Shown here in pieces: positions 11,201-21,435 of a stretch of 64,000 nt of DNA. The translations under genes and the position numbers were made by a program. Positions within the stretch are counted from its first letter, which is position 1, and every line of letters starts with the position of its first letter. Origin of the DNA: a virus. The notes under the pieces were generated by a model that saw nothing but the letters and a program-made list of their open reading frames with translations, ran no database searches and was not told the origin of the DNA. The stretch spans positions 1 to 64,000 of the IMG/VR virus record IMGVR_UViG_3300044970_000539. The stretch is one strand, 5' to 3'.

Positions 11201-14200
11201 CTATGGATGCAGCAATTCTTGGAATGCAAGAGGCCTGGGACAACAGCATAGGTGCAAAACTTCTTGGAACACAACTAGAAGGTATGGACATCGAAGATGT
11301 AATTAGAATATCACTTCTAGTTGAATCAAAGACAGTATCTCCAGAACAAATGTTGCTTCTTAAAGATGTTGTTGAAAGAAATGGTAAAGATTTAGATCAA
11401 GTTATTAGGGTTACATTAGAAAATACTGATCCAGAGACTTTTGCAAGAATTTCAACACTTCTTGGAAGGTTTGAAACGCCTACAAAGCAGCAGGGATTCC
11501 AAAACCTAACAGATAGATTAATGGGTGATCCAGCAAAACTTAAGAACGTTCTTACAGCACTTGAAGAATATTCTAAGGCTCCAGATGAAGTTCCAGTTGT
11601 TATGGGAATGGAAATTGATCAAAGTGATATTGATGACCTTGCTAAATTTGGAAAAGAAATTGACGGAATTAAAAAGAGATTCCCTAAAGGCCAGTTTGAT
11701 ATTAAGTTGTTGCAAAAGTATCAAACAGAACTTGCTGGTGCTGGACTCCCATCTAATGCTACCTTAGATTATGTTATAAGCAATATTGATTATTTTATGG
11801 AGTTACCTGCAGAAAAAAGATTTGAAGCAATATTTGCTTTTAAAATGTTAAAAGATGCAGACTCAGTTAAGGCAGATATTGAAAGAACCTTGCAAATAGG
11901 ATTTATGAAAAAGCAAGCGGTAACAGGTGCAAACACAGTATTAAAAGCAACAGACCCGCTTTCTATTGCTGCTCAAAAACAATTTGAAGCATGGAGAAAA
12001 TCTACCGAAGGTGTAAAGGCTTATACTGCTGCTCTTAAGAAGATGGGTCTTGACTGGAAGGGTACTGGGCTAGACGAAGATGATGAAGATGGTGGTCCTA
12101 TAAGTGATCTAACTAAGGGACCAACAAAAGATATGTCTTGGCTTAATGATCTTGGCCAAAGACTTAAGTTAGTTAAGGAAAGTGCATTTAATGCACTTGA
12201 TCCTTTAGGATCTTTAAAAGAATTTCTTGATAAGGGCGGTAAGAAGTCAGTAAACCCAGGACTTGGCGAACAAGACGGAGCAATTAAAAGAATAGAAGAA
12301 GCAGCAAAAAAGTATAAGGATGCTGCTGGAAATATTGGTATAGCCATAGATAAAGACTTCATGGATGTTATTAGAGGTCTAGATGCAGAACAGTTTAAGT
12401 TATGGTCAGATACCTTGTTTAAGGTTGGTAAAGATAGTAAACAAATTTATGCGCTAACAGAAGTTTTTGCTACTATTAACGAAGGATTCCGTGTAGCAAC
12501 CATTGGTGGATTTATTCAAAATGTAAAAGATTCAAGCAAAGAAATTGAAAATCAAGTTAATGCTTATAATATTTTATCTAATGCTCGTGATGAAGACAAT
12601 AAACTAATGTATAACTCACTTGAAATTCAAAAGATATTACAGAACGCAACACTGGCTGCAAAGATTGCAGCACAGGGTGGACTGAAAGCCACCAAGCAAG
12701 AGCAAGAAGAGTTAAATAAAGAAATACAAAAAACTATTGATCTTAACTATGAATTAAGCACAATAAAACTTAATGACAACATTGCAGAAACAAAGATGCA
12801 GGTTGAAGCATTTAAGAGGCTTACTGCTGCTGGTGTAAAACATGAAGTTATTCTTGAAATATTAAAAGATAAAAATAACTCTTGGGCTATTGGCTCTGCT
12901 GATGCAACGGTAAATGTTAAAGATAAGTTCGGTGATTTAATAAATAAGACCAAGGAATATTCTGATATTCTTGAGTTAATTGCAAATCAAACAAAAACTT
13001 TTGAACAAAAAACACAAGATGCTATTGATGCAAATATTGCTGCACTTGACCTACAGGCTAAGACATTACAAAATGCTTTTGACATTAAAAACTTTGATCT
13101 TAAAGCAAAAATTACTTTAACAGAAAATGCTATTAAAGATATAAATGATGATATTCAAAAAGAACAAGATAAAATTGATAAAATTAATTTTGAACTTAAG
13201 TATGATTCAAAGATTGGTCAAAACCTTCTTGATGATATTCAGGAAAACATTAATGATGCCCAAAGAAAGATGGAGTTTGATTTTGATAGACCACTACAGG
13301 CATTGTCTGATAGATCAGCGGTATTATCAAATGACCTAACGTTAATTGATAAGGCTACAGAAGCAATCAATGAAAAGTACGATAAGCAAGAAGAAGCCTT
13401 ACGTACAATTTTTGAACTAAATCAAGATATTGCTGCACAAGAGCAAAGAAGAATTTCTCTTGCAGATGCGCTTTCTCAAGGTGATATCTCAGCAGCAGCA
13501 CAACTAGCAAATGAGATGCGCTCTACTGCAGCAGAAGCAGCAAGCCGTACATCTGGAGACTTTATCACAGCAGCAAGAAAGGCTGAAACAGAAGGCTTAG
13601 TATCTGCAAGTGGTATGACAAGAGCACAAATTGAGGCAGAACAGTTTAGAATTGGTCAGCAGTCTTATGCTCTTGAACTACAAAGAAAGACTGCTCAAGA
13701 AGCAATTCTTAAATTAGAAGATCAAGTTTATGATATAACAGAATTAAGAGAAGTAAAACTCTTAGCAATTAGAGATATTGAAACTGTAATTGATGGTATT
13801 AAGAAATACCAACTTGATAAGGCACAAGAAGAACTAGATCGAGATCAGAAAACACTTGAGGCTCAACAAAGAATACTTGATGCAAAACTTCTTGCAATTG
13901 ATAAAGAAAAACTAGGTTGGGAATCTATCCAGATTCAACTTAATGCTTATACACTTAAGTTAGATGAAATTAATAAGGGTCCACTTAAGAGCATGAAAGA
14001 TATAGTTGATTCAATTGCTGCAGCCCTTTCACAAATTAATAACGCAAAGTATTCACCAACAAGTGCATTTATTCCAGCAGCAACAGATACGACTACAGTT
14101 CTAACACCTGCACAGGTAACAGCAGCAACTGATGCAGCAAACGCAGCAGCAATCGCAGCAGATGCAGCAAACGCAGCAGCAGAAGCCACTGCAGCAGCGC

Positions 14201-14820
14201 AAGCAGCAGCCCAGGCAAAGGCTGACGCTGAAGCAGCAGCAACAAGTGCAGCACTAAAGAAAGCAATAGAAGATGCAAAGAAAGCAATCGCAGATGCAGC
14301 AAAGTCAGGAGACTCAGCATCTAAAGCCTACATTGCTCAACAAAAAGCAGAAGAAGAAAGACTTGCAGCCATTGCAAAACAAAATGCACAGTGGGTTGCG
14401 AAGGTAGCAGCAATGCAGGCAGCAGCAAACGCAGCAGCAGGCACAGCAGCATCTGCCTCTACCACAGTTTCTTCAGGTGGTGGAAGCGGTGGTGGTGGAA
14501 GATTTGGAATGATGGCACTTTCTTCTGGAGGAATGGTCAGACCTAAGTATTTTGCGGTAGGTGGAAAAGCAAGGGGTACAGACATTATTCCAGCAATGCT
14601 CACCCCTGGAGAATTTGTAATGAGTAAGTATGCCGTTGACTCATATGGTGTTGATAAAATGAAGGCTATCAATAGCGGATCATACGAAGGCGAGAAGGTG
14701 TATAATTATAATCTAAACGTCAATGTTAAGTCTGATGCAAATCCAGAGGATATTGCAAGAGTCGTTATGACACAAATTAGACAAGTTGACTCACAGAGAA
14801 TTAGGACACAGAGGGGCTAA
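5224..14820 (+). CDS. Tape measure protein with embedded cargo domains
   Basis: 3198 aa; TP901-type TMP core in the N-terminal ~600 aa; Ala/Gly-rich helices and coiled coils; PAML(S/T)PGE motif three times; position after the chaperones. Confidence 0.92.
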   Translation: MAGDTNSNIFINIDTSQAMTQLRLLEKELTALNRSLIVGTKAAAAAQAKYAQSLLHNVNATGQWTASMTRMSTASEQFATNLDRQRLSLKEYFRYGAASTKTFGKFFGREFDTIGKLVDKRVKTLQQQYVQLGRDAQGAMNAMKFTPKSLNMQNLTTQLMMATQKQQILNKLIDDGSTKLLNFGKNTQWAGRQLMVGFTIPLMLFGAQAIKTFKEIETQTIRFKKVYGDIFTDQGATNAALKNIRDLADEYTKYGLTVADTIKMAADAAAAGFSGKGLENLVEQTNKLAVLGGVTQEKALETTIALKNAFQIDTGAMAGTIDFLNAVENQTVVALDDLTEAIPKVAPVIQQLGGDVKDLAYFMAAMQEGGISAAQGANALKSGLASLINPSNAASKAAAAVGINIKGIVEANAGNLRNTVTGFAKALQPLTDLEKARVIEKVFGKYQFARISALLNNIGREGTQAARVLQLTNASVEELAILSQRELKVQADSPMNKLASSVEKFKASIAPIGELFAKVFTPVIEFIARMAEKFNNLPDGIKKAIGIITVVVGGLGPIFLMTFGLLANAVANSVKGVQILRKGYQQLAAGSTDAALKTQYLSQEELENISISNALYSKHQQLSAAYALEASALTSLTSVYTKANASMGAFAASNPGMFMPRGGVLLPKKFAGGTTSVPGPKGAGDVVPAMLSPGESVIPTKQTQKYAGFINQIIQDKVPGFITGTTGVAVTRAAATRAASTRGAVSSSLAPVVDISSGLRGISFATEGNRVKVSVGGKFFYIPAGKKDYVQSKLKENEEWLRSKGRTDTTEENLLHAIIRKNLGGQNVTSVAKLIAGNLPKFQAGRNRRVPQQVKSLRAKYQNSPIYKELVSTHKQEIEELKLLANTKDNPYGITQADLDAVKKVQAARAEKFEYTPAFSHRFTDRQVDELPGLTQYKRNAPSNVFEEQGFFNTFFQNISGTSLGGMHISKRAQAEAARRFILDIPASQRTSVQKAVHATLDRRLASGYYEKFGSKTNQLSLLQDAGLSNEKIKSFKRFRPKDEELPGFAGGVVSLGMPIPFKVIAKNRAAAQQIDARVRSSKFKDTPPTNFGVRLEEFTGHSFPIPGVGGVYRKPNGQVVVVKPVLNEKAALAEQRGTVITRGAFPELDAPEQTIRTMVDPTDLTGKRKFIVLESPYNPKFATGGTKFSKEEYFSQLLASTVRGDKDLSPSNVFGPNVADQGASGVFGSASGQREFKFNMPSLEEQAMINLLGVKGGARKAFAENTADIARSMTPQQYQDAMIAEINATIPRLEKTIASLGLTTGVEKIVYQRMVDRLKAGLGVDWTKLHAVHSKVKAPLELAEGIVSVPGPKGAGDIQPAMLSPGEAVIPAKQSEKYMPLIRSMIADNVPGFAESNVSWDGYPASLKEGGKYAGPVTPVYPPGYDAFGKIQEPTSSGGRVRNAATSLITDKGMRSITNFATETARAARQSRLASNALEGVKNAGSKVKASFVSTTTAVDAAADSTVKNTQVASTMTKEELKNARQLKQMNNMGKNMGIGMAASMLPMMGMAQASTNPEGMMARNMSTLSGVAMLAMIAPMLNTPLKLLAGVALGYAAILKMQSAQIKKAIIEGNKLAESFSMTTKKLEEFGSITGEVSITQEYEQKRLGRTTVSGVVNQEFGTSFLSSEPGKKFKDDFTKLSQQYETAVAGQIATAQLASAVNQGVLSYLQAESIITKMARDLKDPTLEYQMQGQLMKILGPDGQDLARDPLKVQLELVRANQTGFNTAAQNFQDVGSAQLGLPSRGEVGGLAAGATAGGLIAAKAYSSSLMAVAAQAQLAGTAVTGMSATLSAIPVGRLIAAGAAIGTIATRIFQKGKEQEAIGAAAGLLQGVAAQNFAAIQQSADALNYQYDVQIANLSIEKDRTKNLEQIKKLNEQIAELETKRSIGLDKLAQSQLDTINSYIEVVRNYKNDTEGFGQNLTEALTEPSTVLNALPFFTSKDQKMYNKAMDAAILGMQEAWDNSIGAKLLGTQLEGMDIEDVIRISLLVESKTVSPEQMLLLKDVVERNGKDLDQVIRVTLENTDPETFARISTLLGRFETPTKQQGFQNLTDRLMGDPAKLKNVLTALEEYSKAPDEVPVVMGMEIDQSDIDDLAKFGKEIDGIKKRFPKGQFDIKLLQKYQTELAGAGLPSNATLDYVISNIDYFMELPAEKRFEAIFAFKMLKDADSVKADIERTLQIGFMKKQAVTGANTVLKATDPLSIAAQKQFEAWRKSTEGVKAYTAALKKMGLDWKGTGLDEDDEDGGPISDLTKGPTKDMSWLNDLGQRLKLVKESAFNALDPLGSLKEFLDKGGKKSVNPGLGEQDGAIKRIEEAAKKYKDAAGNIGIAIDKDFMDVIRGLDAEQFKLWSDTLFKVGKDSKQIYALTEVFATINEGFRVATIGGFIQNVKDSSKEIENQVNAYNILSNARDEDNKLMYNSLEIQKILQNATLAAKIAAQGGLKATKQEQEELNKEIQKTIDLNYELSTIKLNDNIAETKMQVEAFKRLTAAGVKHEVILEILKDKNNSWAIGSADATVNVKDKFGDLINKTKEYSDILELIANQTKTFEQKTQDAIDANIAALDLQAKTLQNAFDIKNFDLKAKITLTENAIKDINDDIQKEQDKIDKINFELKYDSKIGQNLLDDIQENINDAQRKMEFDFDRPLQALSDRSAVLSNDLTLIDKATEAINEKYDKQEEALRTIFELNQDIAAQEQRRISLADALSQGDISAAAQLANEMRSTAAEAASRTSGDFITAARKAETEGLVSASGMTRAQIEAEQFRIGQQSYALELQRKTAQEAILKLEDQVYDITELREVKLLAIRDIETVIDGIKKYQLDKAQEELDRDQKTLEAQQRILDAKLLAIDKEKLGWESIQIQLNAYTLKLDEINKGPLKSMKDIVDSIAAALSQINNAKYSPTSAFIPAATDTTTVLTPAQVTAATDAANAAAIAADAANAAAEATAAAQAAAQAKADAEAAATSAALKKAIEDAKKAIADAAKSGDSASKAYIAQQKAEEERLAAIAKQNAQWVAKVAAMQAAANAAAGTAASASTTVSSGGGSGGGGRFGMMALSSGGMVRPKYFAVGGKARGTDIIPAMLTPGEFVMSKYAVDSYGVDKMKAINSGSYEGEKVYNYNLNVNVKSDANPEDIARVVMTQIRQVDSQRIRTQRG

Positions 14821-15456
14821 ATGGCTACAGCAGGGTATTTAACAGGTAGACGTAGGTATCAGCGCCCCCAGGCCCTGTTGTGGTCTGAGAACCCTGGCAC
14901 ACTGGTTAATGGGGTGTATCTACCAGATGGCTATGAAGTACAAGGTAACTTTGCAGAGTCTACAGATCCAGATCTAATTAATCAATTTCTCATTCTTTCA
15001 GACCATAATCGTGGGGAATTAAATTTTACACCAACAAGAATTGAACAAAGACAAAGAACCATTAATGGACGTATGCGTTCATATCATATAGCAGATAAAT
15101 TAACAATGTCTGTCTCTTGGAATAATCTACCATCAAGGTCATACTTTCAAGATGCAGGGTTTTTATCTACTGGCTTATCCCCTGACAAAAATACAACAGG
15201 TGAATTTACATCAGATGGTGGAGCAGGGGGAGTAGAACTTCTTGATTGGTATGAAAACCACACAGGACCTTTTTGGATGTTCCTAGCATACGATAAGTAC
15301 TCAAACTTTGGCAAGGATGATGCAGACTATGGACACCTTGCACAATACAATCAAATAATGCAGGTTTATATAACAGACTTTAACTACTCCGTTGTAAAGC
15401 GTGGTGGGTCAAACCACGATCTCTGGAATATTTCGGTATCACTGGAAGAGGTCTAA
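14821..15456 (+). CDS. Minor tail protein (distal tail/Dit-like)
   Basis: First gene after the TMP; RT.NG..R motif and terminal WNISVSLEEV. Confidence 0.6.
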   Translation: MATAGYLTGRRRYQRPQALLWSENPGTLVNGVYLPDGYEVQGNFAESTDPDLINQFLILSDHNRGELNFTPTRIEQRQRTINGRMRSYHIADKLTMSVSWNNLPSRSYFQDAGFLSTGLSPDKNTTGEFTSDGGAGGVELLDWYENHTGPFWMFLAYDKYSNFGKDDADYGHLAQYNQIMQVYITDFNYSVVKRGGSNHDLWNISVSLEEV

Positions 15457-18400
15457 ATGTTTGTTAGTGAGACATTAAAGACACACCTAGAAACATCTTC
15501 AACAGTACACCTACAGTCATTAGTTTTGGCTGAGTGGAACATGAATATGCCAGATAACATATTTAAACTTGGTAACTATAGATATAGACCTACTGGATCA
15601 GATGTTCAATACCGAACACTTCCTTTAACATTTGATAGCCTAGATGTAGGAAATTATTATACAGGTGCAACAGATGCCGATGTTGTTGTAGATGGAGGGT
15701 TTGATAATTCTGGGGTTCCACAATTATTTACTTCAACTAAAGAAAAAATGAAAATGATATATTCTTTAGAAGATTGTGTAAAGCCTTTTAGACCAAGATC
15801 TGGAATTAATAAAGCATCATATTTTACTAATAGGTATTTTGCAAACTCTGGTGTATCTATTGCAGAAAGACCCAGATACTACATGGCATCAAGATATGAT
15901 CAGTTTAGATATTGGTCATCATTTAGAACAGAAGGTAGCATTGAAAGAGGAATTGCTAAAAATGTTTCTAATGGATTAAATTATATTGATGATGCGGTTC
16001 CATTTGTAGTCTATAAAGAAAAGGTTCCAGCAAACAGACTTGTTGTAAAAATGCAAACAAATGTTGGAACGGCAAACTTAGGAAACTTTACTACACCATC
16101 TGGCATTTTGCCTGATCCACTATATGGCGCAACAAATAAAACAACCCCCGTTAAATGGAAGATCCAATACTTAAATGAAGATAACTGGGTTGACGCTTAT
16201 TCTTTTGATGAAAACTCTGTTCGTGATGATCAATCTGCAATTATTCCAGAAGATGGATATGTTGAATTAGAGTATGGAATAAAAATTCCAGATGCCTATA
16301 AAGAATCATACACCTTCGTTGAAAAGATAGCATCTATAACATTGTTGCCAGAGCAGTCTTTTAATGGAGATGCATATCTTGTAGTTGAAAATGCAAATAC
16401 TCGTGGAACGCTTTATATATGGAATGGCGCAGATGAAGACTACGATTCTTTTATTCCTGAATATGGATGGATGCTAGGCACTGGAGTTTTAAATAGTTCA
16501 ACAAAACTTGTTACAGACCTAACCAATCCAGAACTATTTACTAATGATGCACAAAATCAAACTACATATAGAGAGTTTGCCTATATTCGTGGTATAAGAG
16601 TTGTAGCAGAAACAATGAACAAGTTTGATTCAACTTTTGATTTAATTGAAATGTCTCCTAGACTAGTCGTAAATATATCGGATAAGGTTGTTGATTTTAA
16701 TATTAAAAAGATCTTATCTGATATAGGAACTACATCTCTTCCAGTTGGACAGTTGCTTGCTTCTACTGGAACACTATCATTGTTTGATGATGATCAGGCA
16801 TTTAATGAAAACAATACGTCTAGCATAGTCGCTGACTATATTAGAAAGAATATTAAGTTTGTTTTTTATGAATCAATTTTAAATGTTGATGGTGACGAAT
16901 ACTCTGTTCCAATTAAAACGTTATACTCAGAAGGATTTCCTCAAGCAGATGTTACTGCAGCAAAACTATCAATAGAGTTAAGAGACTTTTATTTCTTCTT
17001 AGAATCAATGCCAGCCCCAAGATTACTTACAACACAGACATCATTAAGTTATGCAATCTCAATGCTTCTTGATTATATTGGGTTTAGCAACTATACATTT
17101 AGGCGTGTAGCAGATGAAGCAGATCCTATCATCCCATTTTTCTTTGTTGCTCCAGATCAAAATGTTGCAGAGGTTTTAAATCAACTAGCAGTGTCAACTC
17201 AGAGTGCAATGTTTTTTGATGAATATAATAACTTTGTCGTAATGAGCAAAGACTACTTAATGCCTACAGCAGAACAAAGAGAAACAAACTTTGTCCTATC
17301 TGGATCAAACAATCAAACCGACTCAGGAGTTATTAAAAACTCTAGTTCTGGAAACCTTCCTAACATTATTGCCATTGCATCACAAGATAAGAAGATTTAT
17401 AATGATGGAAAGATTAACTACACAACTAGATATATTCAAAGATCTTACGGATCAATTAGACAATCAACAATGATTGATAAAGAAAAAACTTGGATATATA
17501 AGCCATCTCTTTTATGGGAAGTTGCGGGAACAGAAAATACAAAAACGATAAACGAACTTGCTTCAAAGCAGGGTAGTTATGTATTAGGGGCAATGCCATT
17601 AAACTCAGACCTAGTAGGAACGGCACCAGTTGTAGTAGGAAATGTTCTTACAAATAACATAATTGATCTTGGAGAAAATGTTTATTGGCTAACAAGATAT
17701 AACGGATACCTATATTCTAACGGAGAGGTTATTCGTTATGATGCCTCAGAGTTTGATATTACTGGAACTGGCAAGGTTTGGATTAGTAGCAATCAAGAAT
17801 ACCAAAAGTATTTTTCATCAATACCCTTTAACGGTAAGATATATCCAACTGGACTTGTAAGAATTTATGCAACACCAAACTATGAAACCGTAGATGGAAT
17901 AACAAGATTACAAAACGGTGCCGTGGTTGATCATGGACGTGGACAGTTTGGAACTCAGATAGTCTCACACTCTGCTGGAATAAATAGTTACTGGACAAAT
18001 AATAATAATGTTCGTGGACTAAATATGCAATCTCAATATCTATTTAGCACACAACTAGACGCTAACCTTGCAGCAACACTTCCATCTACAACAGTTGCTG
18101 CTGCAGGAGTAAATAATCCAGTTGCAAGGCAGTCAACAAGAAATAGCATTATAAAGAATTTTATGGCTACAAACTATTTAAGTGAAACAGAAGTAAATAA
18201 TCTACAATCAACGCAAACTGGAACAATTCAGTCATCTGCTTTAGTCTTTAATGGCCCATCATTTAAAACAACTGAAAAACCTTTGAACTTTGTATCTTAC
18301 GTATACAAGGGTTTGGATAATGCCTATAAGCATTTTGGAACTAGAATGAGAATTATTGGTAAGATTGAAAATAATACAAGCAGAACACAGTCTCCAAATG

Positions 18401-19779
18401 GAAGTATTACATACTATCAATTATCTGGAAACCAGCCAGATCAAAATATAAATATCGGTGGAGGCTCTGGCGGACTAGCATTTTTGCTAAATCCAGAAAC
18501 AAATAATGGTTATTATTTTGAAATTGTTGCATTAACAGAAGACAACATAAACTCTTACCTTAAGGTTGATGAAAATAATAATGCACAATTCTCAGTAAAC
18601 AATGTTGTGTTCTATAAAATTAAAAAAGATTCTTCAAACTCAAATGCTATACCAGTAAAACTTTGGGGAGGCCTATCAAAAATTATTGTTGATGACGGAA
18701 AGTTTACTGGGCAGCAAAGACTTGCTGGAGAAGAAAATTCAACGGTATACGATTTATCAGTAGAGTATATTGATATTGGAAATACAAGAAGGTTTTATCT
18801 ATACATAAACAATCAATTAATAAAGGTTGTAGACGATACAGACCCTCTACCAACATACAATAATATGGCATTGTTTGTTCGTGGTTCTTCAAAGTGTATG
18901 TTTGAGAATATATATGCTCTATCTAAAAACTATAGTCAAAATACAGTATTTACAGTTAATGAGACTTTGGGTCAGGTGTTTGGAGACAACGAGATTGATG
19001 TTACAGAATCTTTTAGAAAATACGCTATGAGTGGAGTTATTCAATCAACTTACCTATCTGGAATTAGTGCACAGCAACCACCAAAATATAACATTTATTT
19101 TGAAGAGTTTGGATCTATTATGCGTGAGTGTGCATACTTTGACATTAAGTATGACCGTGCATACCCTGCACTTTATGCAAAACTTTCTCCTACCTTTAAT
19201 AATATAAAGGGATATACCACATCTGGGTTTTATGCAGACTCATATGGTGCAGAGTTTTTAATATTTAACTCAACAGATAAAGCATTAAACTTAGATGAAA
19301 CAACTGGAAACTTTTTAAGAATTCAGGGAATTACATTTACACAAGATACAACCCATGAACTAACTGTAGATGAGTTCTTTAAAAAGCGTGGTAATTTGTC
19401 AGATCCAGAGTTAGTTGGAAGCACACTAACATACTCTCCATTAGTTGAAAAATCAAGGTATGATGAAATAAAGTTAAGTAGATTGACCTACGGTAAAAAT
19501 GAATTTAGTATTGATAGCCCATATATACAGACACAAGATGATGCAGATGCTATGATGAATTGGATTATTAATAAGTTAATGGTACCTAAGAAGTCTGTTG
19601 GAATGAATATATTTAGTATTCCAACCTTACAACTTGGAGACATTGTAACTATAAACTATAAAGATTCTTCTGGCTTAGACCTAGTATCTAAAGATTCGTC
19701 TAGGTTTGTAGTTTATAATATAGAATATCAAAGATCAGAAAGTGGTCCAAACATGACAATTTATTTGAGTGAGGTATAA
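15457..19779 (+). CDS. Large minor tail/baseplate hub (Tal-like) protein
   Basis: 1440 aa after the Dit-like gene; MFFDEYN and LQLGDIVTI hub motifs. Confidence 0.7.
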   Translation: MFVSETLKTHLETSSTVHLQSLVLAEWNMNMPDNIFKLGNYRYRPTGSDVQYRTLPLTFDSLDVGNYYTGATDADVVVDGGFDNSGVPQLFTSTKEKMKMIYSLEDCVKPFRPRSGINKASYFTNRYFANSGVSIAERPRYYMASRYDQFRYWSSFRTEGSIERGIAKNVSNGLNYIDDAVPFVVYKEKVPANRLVVKMQTNVGTANLGNFTTPSGILPDPLYGATNKTTPVKWKIQYLNEDNWVDAYSFDENSVRDDQSAIIPEDGYVELEYGIKIPDAYKESYTFVEKIASITLLPEQSFNGDAYLVVENANTRGTLYIWNGADEDYDSFIPEYGWMLGTGVLNSSTKLVTDLTNPELFTNDAQNQTTYREFAYIRGIRVVAETMNKFDSTFDLIEMSPRLVVNISDKVVDFNIKKILSDIGTTSLPVGQLLASTGTLSLFDDDQAFNENNTSSIVADYIRKNIKFVFYESILNVDGDEYSVPIKTLYSEGFPQADVTAAKLSIELRDFYFFLESMPAPRLLTTQTSLSYAISMLLDYIGFSNYTFRRVADEADPIIPFFFVAPDQNVAEVLNQLAVSTQSAMFFDEYNNFVVMSKDYLMPTAEQRETNFVLSGSNNQTDSGVIKNSSSGNLPNIIAIASQDKKIYNDGKINYTTRYIQRSYGSIRQSTMIDKEKTWIYKPSLLWEVAGTENTKTINELASKQGSYVLGAMPLNSDLVGTAPVVVGNVLTNNIIDLGENVYWLTRYNGYLYSNGEVIRYDASEFDITGTGKVWISSNQEYQKYFSSIPFNGKIYPTGLVRIYATPNYETVDGITRLQNGAVVDHGRGQFGTQIVSHSAGINSYWTNNNNVRGLNMQSQYLFSTQLDANLAATLPSTTVAAAGVNNPVARQSTRNSIIKNFMATNYLSETEVNNLQSTQTGTIQSSALVFNGPSFKTTEKPLNFVSYVYKGLDNAYKHFGTRMRIIGKIENNTSRTQSPNGSITYYQLSGNQPDQNINIGGGSGGLAFLLNPETNNGYYFEIVALTEDNINSYLKVDENNNAQFSVNNVVFYKIKKDSSNSNAIPVKLWGGLSKIIVDDGKFTGQQRLAGEENSTVYDLSVEYIDIGNTRRFYLYINNQLIKVVDDTDPLPTYNNMALFVRGSSKCMFENIYALSKNYSQNTVFTVNETLGQVFGDNEIDVTESFRKYAMSGVIQSTYLSGISAQQPPKYNIYFEEFGSIMRECAYFDIKYDRAYPALYAKLSPTFNNIKGYTTSGFYADSYGAEFLIFNSTDKALNLDETTGNFLRIQGITFTQDTTHELTVDEFFKKRGNLSDPELVGSTLTYSPLVEKSRYDEIKLSRLTYGKNEFSIDSPYIQTQDDADAMMNWIINKLMVPKKSVGMNIFSIPTLQLGDIVTINYKDSSGLDLVSKDSSRFVVYNIEYQRSESGPNMTIYLSEV

Positions 19780-19780
19780 G

Positions 19781-20284
19781 ATGACAATATCTCCAGTTCC
19801 ACAAACTCCATCAAATGCAACAGTCGTAACAGCCTATTCTCCAGCACCAACAAAGACTGCTCCAATAGATACTGTTCTTTTTGATGACGAGTCTATGTCT
19901 CCAGAGATTATGGCTGATTTAATATTTGAAGATATTGGTGGTCACGAGTTATTAAGTATTTCTAGAAACGATATTATAAATGGTCAGAGAGTCTCTTATT
20001 CACCAATTAAAAATCTTGGACTTGTACAGCAAAGATATAATCCTAACAATATTTTAAGATTGCAGGCAACCTCTGATACATACTTTGCAAACTTTGCAAT
20101 TAAGTTTGAAGAGAAGGTCCCTCTTGAAGCAAACGGAACAAATGGGGTAAATGTTTATATTGAGGAAGAGACTGGAGACTTGATTATTGAGACTGTTAAT
20201 ATGAATAATGATGAGCAGATAGAGATTCAAATCGCCATAAATGGTACAATATATGAAGCGAACTTTGGAGAAACTGTGTCATGA
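19781..20284 (+). CDS. Minor tail protein
   Basis: Synteny; ATG 19781 follows a GAGG RBS. Confidence 0.5.
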   Translation: MTISPVPQTPSNATVVTAYSPAPTKTAPIDTVLFDDESMSPEIMADLIFEDIGGHELLSISRNDIINGQRVSYSPIKNLGLVQQRYNPNNILRLQATSDTYFANFAIKFEEKVPLEANGTNGVNVYIEEETGDLIIETVNMNNDEQIEIQIAINGTIYEANFGETVS

Positions 20285-21435
20285 TTACAAATAAGGGCAA
20301 GAGTATAATCGGGAAATATATGCTAGGGCAGGCCCCCGCCTATGCCTCATACCTTGCAGTTGGCTGTGGACCACAACCATTACAGACAGAAGATGTCGCA
20401 GATGACTTTGCAACAAAAACAAACCTAGATTTTGAAATGTTTAGAGTTCCTATATCCTCTAGAGGATTTATAAATGAAAACGGTATAGATAAGATAGTCT
20501 TAACAGCAGAACTACCAACAGAAGAAAGATATGAAATCACAGAGGTAGGACTATACTCAGCAGGCTCAAACCCTTCTGCTGGAGCCAATGACAGCAAGAC
20601 TGTTTTTTCTTTTGCACAAGGAGAGACCTGGGTTCATCATACTCCAAGCGCAGCAACAGAGATACCAACAATTTCTATACCATTAGACGATCCAGAAGAC
20701 GATAATGTTATTGGTGTAGATGGTGTATTTCAAACTAATGCAGATAATTCTATTTTTTATAAATCAGGTCGTATTGAGAGGTATGAACGTGCAAGGTTTT
20801 TAAATAACACAATATTAATTCAAGGAGATGATTCAGACTTAACACTAGATGGTGGAGGGTCAGGAGGAGTCGATCATATTGTTATTGAGCCTGGTTCAAA
20901 CCACATACACTTAACTGCAGCAAATGTTGATTTTTCTAGAAACTCTCCAACAGATGAGTTAAGGTTTGCATTTTCTTTAGTTAACAAAGATGGAGATTCT
21001 TTAGCGGTTCCAGATACAGTTAGAATATTAATTGATTTTGCAGATACTGATATTGCAGAACCAGAAGTTTATGCAAGATTTGAGATTGATATTGAAAATG
21101 GTTTTGACGGATATGACTTTGAAACTAATAGATATTTTGTAGTAAAGAAACAATTACAAGAACTTTACACAACTCAAAACTTTACATGGCAGGCAGTCAA
21201 TGTTGTTAAGATTTATGCATGTGTTCTTGACTCTACTGGAACATCTGGACCATTCCCTTCTCCTGATTATTATATTGCCTTAGATGCAATGAGGCTTGAA
21301 AACATTGCAACAACAAACCCTTTATACGGGCTAACTGGATATTCAGTTATTAAAAACGATAACTCTACAACTATTATTAAATCACCAAATACAAGTAATT
21401 ATGTTGAATTTAGATTTTCTATTGGTGTAACCTAA
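20281..21435 (+). CDS. Minor tail/tail fibre N-terminal-type protein
   Basis: MITNKGK...ITEVGLY motif typical of tail fibre/baseplate N-termini. Confidence 0.6.
   Translation: MITNKGKSIIGKYMLGQAPAYASYLAVGCGPQPLQTEDVADDFATKTNLDFEMFRVPISSRGFINENGIDKIVLTAELPTEERYEITEVGLYSAGSNPSAGANDSKTVFSFAQGETWVHHTPSAATEIPTISIPLDDPEDDNVIGVDGVFQTNADNSIFYKSGRIERYERARFLNNTILIQGDDSDLTLDGGGSGGVDHIVIEPGSNHIHLTAANVDFSRNSPTDELRFAFSLVNKDGDSLAVPDTVRILIDFADTDIAEPEVYARFEIDIENGFDGYDFETNRYFVVKKQLQELYTTQNFTWQAVNVVKIYACVLDSTGTSGPFPSPDYYIALDAMRLENIATTNPLYGLTGYSVIKNDNSTTIIKSPNTSNYVEFRFSIGVT

Noticed and set aside
14110-14500. GCA-rich run as a separate repeat element
   Set aside because: It is the Ala-rich low-complexity coding segment of the TMP.
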